Source of the DNA: Octopus sinensis | Taxonomy: Eukaryota | Direction: 5' to 3' | NCBI RefSeq assembly: GCF_006345805.1 | Contig: NC_043001.1 | Location: forward strand, 23,746,001-23,810,000 | Length of the DNA stretch: 64,000 bases | Shown: piece by piece, positions 53,984-64,000 of the stretch | Layout: each line of letters starts with the position of its first letter | Position numbering within the stretch: position 1 is the first letter of the stretch | The notes under the pieces: generated by a model | Seen by the model: the letters and a program-made list of their open reading frames with translations, nothing else | What the model was told of the DNA's origin: nothing | Database searches by the model: none | Made by a program: the position numbers and the translations under genes

Positions 53984-54467
53984 TCTATATCCGAATATAT
54001 GTACCAGGAAATGAGATATTTTAAATCACAGACTGACAGCAGAACTACCTCTCATAAATGTAATTACACTGTTGCGGTGTGTATTATTTTTGTTTGCCGT
54101 TTATCTCTAGGTCAGTCCATTAAGTACAGAGAAGTTTATACTTTACTGAGGAAATATAACAAGATCAAATTACCCCTTGTAATTGCCGAAATAATTAATG
54201 CAATATTAATCATTGACTAATAACGTCTTTCTCCCAACTCACAATTATTATTAACTAATCTATTAATGTTCACTGCATTAGATATGGTGGTAACATTAAT
54301 CATTCTTTACTTTTCATGCAGATGAAGTCTCTGAGTAATTTCTCTTCGTAATTTATTCTCGGTAGTATTTGATGACTGACCTTCAAATACTTTTATTTAC
54401 ATATAATTAGCTTATTGTGTGCTATATCGAAAACCATAAATATTAGAGCATTATTATGCACACAATA

Positions 54468-55065
54468 CAAAGCGGCGAGCTGGCAGAATCGTTAGCACGC
54501 CGGGCGAAATGCGCAGCCGTATTTCGTCTGCCGTTACGTTCTGAGTTCAAATTCCGCCGAGGTCGACTTTGCCTTTCATCCTTTCGAGATCGATTAAATA
54601 AGTACCAGTTATGCACTGGGCCGATGTAATCGACTTAATCCCTTGTTTGTCCCCTCTATGTTTAGCCCCCTGTGATAAATAAAGTACTAGTTACGCACTG
54701 GGGTCGATGTAATCGACTTAATCCGTTTTACTGTCCTTATTTGTCCTCTCTGTGTTTAGCCCCTTGTGGGTAGTAAAGAAATAGGTATTTCGTCCGCCGC
54801 TGCGTTCTGAGTTTAAATTCCGCCGAGGTCAACTTTGCCTTTCATCCTTTCGGGGTCTATAAATTAAGTACCAGTTGTTCACTGGTGTCGATATAATCGA
54901 CTTAATCCGTTTGTCTGTCCTTATTTGTCCTCTCTGTGTTTAGCCCCTTGTGGGTAGTAATGAAATAGGCTTTTCGTCTGCCGCTACGTTCTGAGTTCAA
55001 ATTCCGCTGAGGTCGACTTTGCCTTTCATCCCCAAATTTCAGGCCTTGTGCCTATAGTAGAAAGG
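54468..55065 (+). mobile_element. SINE family A multimer with alternative terminal tail
   Basis: 18-bp flanking duplication attattatgcacacaata (54450-54467/55066-55083). Confidence 0.85.
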
Positions 55066-55529
55066 ATTATTATGCACACAATAATGTAGATACATGCAGT
55101 ATCACTTTATACACTCATTCACTCACTCACTCAGTTACTCACTCAGTTATTCAGTCAGTCACTCACCCACTCAGTCAGTCCGTCATTCACTCACTTAATC
55201 ACGCACTCACACACATATACATACACACATACATTCATACATACACGAAGTTAAAGAATTACAAAAGATAGCGTTATGTTACGTCGATTAAGATGTTCTG
55301 GAGAAATTCTATCGTCACGTCTTAATTATATTAAATAGATCAAAGACGTTGTTCTGGTAAAAGTGATATTTAACTCTGAAATTGGAGGATATGGATTGAA
55401 TATTTCCCGATGATATTAGTAGAGTCTGATTAAGCATTTTGTATACGAATTGCATTCAATTTTCAAATATGAAGGAAAAAAATATTTGCCAGAATTGTTC
55501 TAGAAAAAAAAATGTTACGTTTATATATT

Positions 55530-55740
55530 TCTTGTGCAATATTTTTTATGTGAAATCGTGTGTTGAAACATATATTGTTGTATTTAGGAATGGTCATTTT
55601 GCCAGTTTATCCAATAAAAACCCACGCACTATATATTTGGTGTTACTTTGCTTCAGCGTTATTTATTGTTTACATTAATCTTAATCTTGTTTCGGCCAGA
55701 GTTCTTTCATCACACTCCTGTGACCGCATCAGTGGTCCAT
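55530..55740 (-). mobile_element. Hammerhead-bearing short element (related to the 12035 and 5778 families)
   Basis: Minus strand ggaCCA-CTGATGC-g-GTCACA-ggag-TGTGAT-GAAA-GAAC-TC-TGGcc: stems I, II and minimal III present, one core variant (A9>C). Confidence 0.65.
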
Positions 55741-56011
55741 TGCTTTCTTCTTTCTTCTTTGTGTGTCTCTCCTTACTAACCGCCAGCCATTTTGTATTTC
55801 TATTGTATGTGTCTTCATTTGCGTATGCGTATATCTCTATGTGCGTCTATGTTTAGTTAGTGTGTGTGTGTGTGTGGGAAATGCCCGTAATATTTGTATC
55901 TTCTGTTTATATATACTGTTTATATATTGTTTATATATTCTGTTTATATACGTTCGTGTAATTTGTTTTTGTTTTTGTTTATTCTTATTTTGTTCATGTG
56001 TTTACACCCAC

Positions 56012-56052
56012 TTATTATTATTATTATTATTATATTATTATTATCATTATTA

Positions 56053-56089
<37 letters not shown>

Positions 56090-56127
56090 TATTATTATTA
56101 TTATTATTATCATTATTATCATTATTA

Positions 56128-56165
<38 letters not shown>

Positions 56166-56166
56166 A
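56012..56166. repeat. (TTA)n/(TCA) microsatellite
   Basis: Direct reading. Confidence 0.95.
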
Positions 56167-56363
56167 TAAAAAATGTTGCGAATCATCAAGTGTTTTCGAG
56201 TAGACCGACTGATGTATAGACGGTAACTGACCGCTGACCGCAATATCAAATAATAGAAAATAAGAGGACCTCCATGATGTATCATTATGACTTCATCACT
56301 TCGTATCACCGCGATGACAGATGTTTCAGAACCGTGACACTGTTTAGTATATTCCATTACGTC

Positions 56364-56780
56364 AAGGTGGCGAGCTGGTAGAATCGTTAGCACTCCGGGC
56401 GAAATGCGTAGCCGTATTTCGTCTGCCGCTACGTTCTGAGTTCAAATTCCGCCGAGGTCGACTTTGCCTTTCATCCTTTCGGGGTCGATAAATTAAGTAC
56501 CAGTTACGCACTGGGGTCGATGTAATCGCCTTAATCCGTTTGTCTGTCCTTGTTTGTCCCCTCTATGTTTATCCCCTTGTGGGTAGTAAAGAAACAGAAT
56601 CATTAGCAGGTTGGGCAAAATGCTTCGCAGTATTTCGCTCAGTTCAGTTCTCAGTTCAAATTCTGCCGAGGTCGACTCTGTCTTTTATCCTTTCAGGGTC
56701 GATAAAATAACTACCACTCGAACACTGGGGTCGATGTAATCTCGAAATTGCTGGCCTTGTGCCAAATTTTGAAACGAATA
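56364..56780 (+). mobile_element. SINE family A copy followed by an older variant copy
   Basis: Homology to family A. Confidence 0.8.
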
Positions 56781-56904
56781 TGTTACAACAACCATTTTAG
56801 GTGACAATACAATTCAGTCCCGCATAGATTTTGGTTGTGTCGGTTTAGCTTCCTATAAAAGTTATAGACTGTTACATCCAGTATTGAATTATTGAACTGT
56901 GGAA

Positions 56905-57070
56905 TTTTTTGTTCTCTCTCTGTTTATTTCATCGTGTTACTTTCTGTTGAAGAGCGTAGGCTCGAAACGTAAAAGACTTTCTCGCCTTCCCGAGCGTCAA
57001 ACTAATACACCTGCTTGTTGTTTATACACCGGTCTTTGTCTCTTGTTTTTCTGCAAATTTCAACTATATT
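56905..57070 (+). mobile_element. Short element with minimal hammerhead-like motif
   Basis: ctgTTGAAGAgcgtaggctcGAAACGTAaaagac; homologous to 31831-32028. Confidence 0.6.
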
Positions 57071-57799
57071 TAGTTCGGCAGTTTAGCTTAATATGATACA
57101 TACTGGTTATTAAATTGAGTACTGGATTATCGACTATCGGTATTTTCATTTCCTGCGACAAGAAGTAGTTACAGAGAACCAATGGATAGTGACGAGAAAT
57201 ATCTGGCGAAGCTTATTCGATACTTTGTGATGAGTTGGCCCTGAACTTCATTTCCTCGGGGATCAATAATGGAGAAGATTTAATCAGCGACATATACTGT
57301 TTCAGAAAATCTATTTCACACAAGAATAAATCATTTAAGCATTACATAAACAGTTTTCAAATGCTACAATACCACATTGGACATGTTGTTTATCATTACA
57401 TACTGCATTCGCATGGCGATAATTAATGAAATATTTTTACAAACGCAGCACAAAGCATCGAAATAATCTCAATTTCATTATCTTATTTCAGGGTCGAAAA
57501 GCGATTAAGAGTGCTCATCACTTTTCAGTTTACAGAGAAATAGTTAAATGTGCATGCTTTTATGTCTATCACAACACGTATACACATGTTTAACACGTAT
57601 ACACATCCACATACATATATGTATACACACTTGAAACAGTAGCAGCATATATGTCTTAAATCTCCATTCTGTCAACACCGCAAATGTAAAATTCTTCCAG
57701 CGGAGGTTGGCGGTATTAGATGATGGAATCGAGCTACAAGCATTATTTTGGACCATCAAGCTCCCAGAAACAACTGTTGGACTCCTAAAACCCCCTTAA

Positions 57800-59505
<1,706 letters not shown>

Positions 59506-60130
59506 GGAAATTTGGCTGTTATTTCTTGGAAAACGTATGTTCGCATAAAGGCTCCCTTGTGTTAATTTGGGTGTGAGTTTTAATTAATTGGCTACCACAA
59601 TAAAAATTTATTACTTTGATCATTAAACATCGCCTGCTCGGTATTATTAGTCCTATGAAGCTTAACAAAACCTGATATTGATACTTCCTGTGTATTTTTC
59701 AAAAACAGCTTCTAATTATCAGACAGAAAACACAATCTGAAAGAGTCTTATTCACTCCTACCCACCCATTTTCTTTCAAATAATCTAATAGTTTCCCGAA
59801 ATTTATATGCTGATTGGCTCAAGACAAATTTAATTAATTTACATTGCTATCGTTTACTCATCCATGCAACTCCTGCTTTGCTGCTTGTATTAATTTTCTT
59901 TACATTGTGTATTAAAAAAAAATGATTGCTTGTCATTCTGACATAGTGAAGTGGGACATTTATTATATCATTTGAATGGGCAGCCATATAATGCAGTTTC
60001 GACATATCTGTTTACTGGAATCTTCCCATTCCGTGGAAAGTAATTTACGCATTCCATCCTGCGTCTTGTTTTGAAAGATTAATAAATACTGATAAGGAAA
60101 AGAATAAGAACACGATATTTTTTGATTTTG

Positions 60131-60168
<38 letters not shown>

Positions 60169-60233
60169 TACACACACACACACACACCACACACACACAC
60201 ACACACACCACACACACATATATATATATATAT

Positions 60234-60438
60234 ATAAGTTCCTGGCTTTTGGTAAAAGAAAATACAGGAGAATCAGTTAATTATGATTTTATTGAATGTA
60301 TTATCCTCTCAGATTCACACATTTATTGCAACGATTCTTCAATTATTCTAAGTGTTGTAAAAGAACTCGAAATGTTGGGCCTCTAACCAGGCCTTTCGCA
60401 ACACCCTTCAGGTAGGAACTTATCAACAGCTCCTCGTA
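60234..60438 (-). mobile_element. Degenerate mariner MITE with transposase C-terminal remnant
   Basis: aagttcctggcttt.../...taggaacttatcaacagctcctcgta TIR remnants; minus strand AWLEAQHFEFFY. Confidence 0.55.
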
Positions 60439-60481
60439 TGTATACATATTTATATATGCATTTATATTTACACACATACAC

Positions 60482-60514
<33 letters not shown>

Positions 60515-60536
60515 TACACACACATACACATATATA

Positions 60537-62375
60537 TACAGAAATACCCGGCGTCGCCCAGGTTTAAGGAGAATAATGAAATTTAAAAACGCCGTCTAGA
60601 TGACGCAGGTCTCAACAGCTAATAGCTGAGACACCAACTTTCTACATTAATAACTCTCCAACCTATGCCAGTTTGGAACATAGACGTTAAGTGAAATGTT
60701 AAAAGAAAGTTTTCAACTCATATATGTATATAAAGGAAATACACGTAATTCAAAAACATGTTTTATGTCACTTATTTCGTAACCAAAAAACAGGTACAGA
60801 TTATAAACAATGAAAGGCCGATTTTGGTGATTCCTTTGACAGAGGTAGTAGAGAACCAATCCGATGATAAATCTGACCTTGGATCTTGAAAGTTAGCATG
60901 AATCCTGGCTCAGTTAAATCTCTTGTGGCTCCAAATGATTTCATCTGTAGTGTAGTGTTGTACTGTCTAATTCTGTTTTGGAAGTGCTTGGAATCTTGGT
61001 CAGTTGGAGACAACAGTTTCTTCAATGGCTCTGGAAGTTTGGGGATTGCTGGGAGTTTTACCTTTCCACCAGTGCAGCACAGTGCAGGTGTCTCTCCAGG
61101 CCTCTTTCTTGCTTTACTATGTATGCACTCAGTTGTCATTGCACCAATGGAAACTCTAGTGTTATTTGCATAATGGACTGCTGGATCATATTTGAAAGCT
61201 CCTTCACAGAAGTTGTTTATCTGAGCTGTTGCAACTGCTCTTCGTTCTGCAGTGGTGATCCTATTGCTTGTCAGCTGCGCATACATCTATTCATCACTTT
61301 GAGATGTTCTGGCTTTTGTAGTGCACAGTCTGTTTGTTTCTTGGTAGGCTTCCATTTCTGCAGCTGTCTCTCTTTCTCTGGACAGAGACATTCCTTAGGC
61401 TGATCTTGACATTGTTGATAAATTTGACACTTTCCTTGTAAGCATTGTTATTTACGTATACAAAAATATACGGGTGCAAAAGATAGTAAACACTGAAAGA
61501 TAGTATAAACTGGGTAACGGAAATTATATTTCTTAATACGACGGGCAGAAAGTAAATAAGAAAATTTTATGGAAAATAAAGAATTATATGGGTTGAAGAG
61601 AAATTTATCACTTAGTGAATCAAAGAGCTAGTATCGAAGGAATCAGAAAAAAACTGTTAACAGCAGAAAAACACAAAACCATTGCAAATGTAAATAAGAA
61701 AGTTTTAGGAAAATTAACTAAGTGTTCGGACTGAAGCGAAATTTATGAAGTTACTTCTGTTACTAAATTATGTATGAAATTACTTTCAACAGTAATTGGT
61801 CGTTGTTGTTTGTAAATAGCGATTGGAAATTTATAGTGAAAACAATAGAGATTGAACTTAAAGTGAAAACATAAGCAGCTGAAAAATGAAAGGGAAAACA
61901 ATAGAGAGTGAGTGAAATATAGGAAGAGGGGGGCGAGAGAGCTAGCTAGTTAGACAAATTAGATACAGATAGATAGATAAGTTATAGACAGATAGATATA
62001 TATATAGAGGGGGATAGAGAGATATAGACACCATTGACGCTAGAAAACCGGAAATATTTTTAAAAAACTTTCGAAGACGTGAATCTTATATAAAAAGCAA
62101 TATTGAATATTTTTTAAATGACCAATGGATGTAAGGAAGACAATAAATTTCTGGAAGTTACTTCGCAAAGAGTTACCTCCGTTGTCCATGTAACCCAAGA
62201 ACGGGTGTTCTCCACCCTTAAGATGTCCGGTACTCATTATGTGAAAAATTTTAAGAGTCTAGAACCATCCCTTGGAACTTAAGTAGTATATGTTCCCAGT
62301 GTGGAGAAAATCAGTTAAAAATATGTTATAATCTTTTACACACACACTCACATAGAAGGGGATTTATATTATAGA
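60537..62375 (-). mobile_element. Internally deleted Helitron
   Basis: Minus-strand 5' TC (tctataatataaat) at 62375; 3' hairpin cctgggcgacgccggg at ~60547-60562; Rep remnant inside; terminal CTAG degenerate. Confidence 0.75.
60801..61286 (-). pseudogene. Helitron Rep/helicase N-terminal region (truncated)
   Basis: IGAMTTECIH...GETPALCCTGGKVKLP, FQNRIRQYN..QMKSFGA and FKIQGQIYHRIGSLLP are characteristic Helitron motifs. Confidence 0.85.
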
Positions 62376-62441
62376 TATATATATATGTGCAAACACACAT
62401 GTACATATAAACGCATATCTACATATAAATACCTACATATA

Positions 62442-62501
<60 letters not shown>

Positions 62502-63569
62502 TGCATGCGTGTATGTACGAAGTTGGTAATTTTCTATGTCTCCACTCAGATATTTTCTCATGTTACACTGAATTTTAGGTGCCGAAATCACTCCACAATG
62601 ATTCATATGTTGTTTTTATTGGTTAAACTAGGTGTGATGGTCGGTTCTCTTAGTGTATTTGAAGTTATTGAGAGATTAACACTTTGTTCTCATTGTTCGC
62701 AAGGGTTACTATTACACTAGATAACAACTGTCAGTTTTGAGAGAAGGCAACAACAACAAATTATAAAGCCTGAAGCAGTTTTCTCCCCTTAAAGGGAATA
62801 TTCACCTTCTGTCGTAGCTCTCAATAAATTCACTCTCACAGCCTCTCTTACTCCTGAAGCAGTTGTAGACCGCAGCAGCAATAGTCCTTAGTCAAAATAT
62901 CCACGTGTAATATCAACCGTTTGCATTTAAAATTTTCCGTGAAGATATTTTTTTCATAAAAGAATATCTCAGCTCTTACATCTAGGATATTATCTATTGC
63001 TGCTAAGAAGTTGTACACCATGCAGTGCCTACGTTGAATCGATTTCCGGTTACGTATGGTTGGTTTCCTCGATAAGATTCCATTTTATTGGAATACTATC
63101 GGTTTTTCTATTTCTGGGTTTCCAGATGTATTGATGCCATGATGTAGAGTTAAATCTGTATGTACGTGCTGCATATATCGTAGTTTTAAAAGCTGCCTCC
63201 CTGTCCATGAGAAGCCGCTGGCTACACGTTGCAGTGAACTTTTGCTCTTCACCAAAGACGACTAATGAAAAACAAACAATTCGACACGTGCCTATTTTCC
63301 ATGAATGACGACAAATTTTCTACCATTCATTGTTTTATAGCTTCAGGGATCACAAGTTGAGAAAAAACCGAGGATCAGCAGAGCAAACTGTAAATTATTT
63401 CACACTCACATACATACATACATACATACATACATACATGCATGCATACATGCATGCATACATACATGCATACATACATGCATGCATACATACATGCATA
63501 CATACATACATACATGCATACATACATACATACATACATACACACGCGCACACATCTATCTATCTAAGA

Positions 63570-63676
63570 ATAAGTACTAGGCTTAAAAAAGAATAAGTCC
63601 TAGGGTCGATTTGTCTGACTAAAGGCGGTGCTCCAGCATGGCCGCAGTCAAATGATTGAAACAAGTAAAAGAGTAA
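63570..63676 (+). mobile_element. SINE family C 3' fragment
   Basis: aaaggcggtgctccagcatggccgcagtcaaatgattgaaacaagtaaaagagta. Confidence 0.75.
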
Positions 63677-64000
63677 CAATTATCATTGTTGTTAGCCAAA
63701 TTCCAGCGATGGAGATTTTGTATTTGTTTCCAGGTCCTTCCTGCAAAGAAGAGCAGTAATAAATATAAAAGTAAAGACATACCAATATATGACGCCCCTC
63801 CCCCGCCGCCACACACTCACGCACATATACTAGTTTTAAATTTTGACACAAGTCTAGCAATTTTAGGGATGGGGTAAGTCAGTTACATCGACCCGTCTTC
63901 ACGGTCCCGAAAGGAATGAAAAGAATTTGAACTCAGAACGTAAAGATGGACGAAATGCCGCTAAGCATTTACCACGATGTACTAACGATTCTTATTTCTT

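Noticed and set aside
62720-63330. Possible host exon(s)
   Set aside because: No sustained open frame or recognisable domain by eye.

Overview
AT-rich, repeat-saturated eukaryotic non-genic or intronic DNA. The tRNA-derived SINE set and heavy microsatellite load suggest a cephalopod (Octopus) genome; this is an inference from memory, not a database match. I found no convincing host gene. Nearly all listed ORFs are artefacts of (TA)n/(CA)n/(CTAT)n/(CTT)n tracts or SINE bodies. The genuine coding remnants are all transposon-derived: CR1-type LINE RT, L1/Tx1-type LINE C-terminal zinc knuckle, RTE LINE 3' end, Helitron Rep N-terminus and several Tc1/mariner transposase pieces. Main points of interest: (1) many type-I hammerhead-ribozyme-like motifs in short non-coding Penelope/retrozyme-like elements, several as fold-backs whose apex lies at the ribozyme core; (2) a SINE that repeatedly forms one-head, ~180-bp-unit multimers joined at its anticodon-like loop and flanked by a single TSD; (3) two visible SINE-LINE 3'-tail partnerships, one with an L1/Tx1-type LINE; (4) a MITE carrying TTAGGG repeats; (5) a Mutator-like MITE with octamer/CCAAT motifs in its TIRs. 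Coordinates were read by eye and element ends may be off by a few bases.
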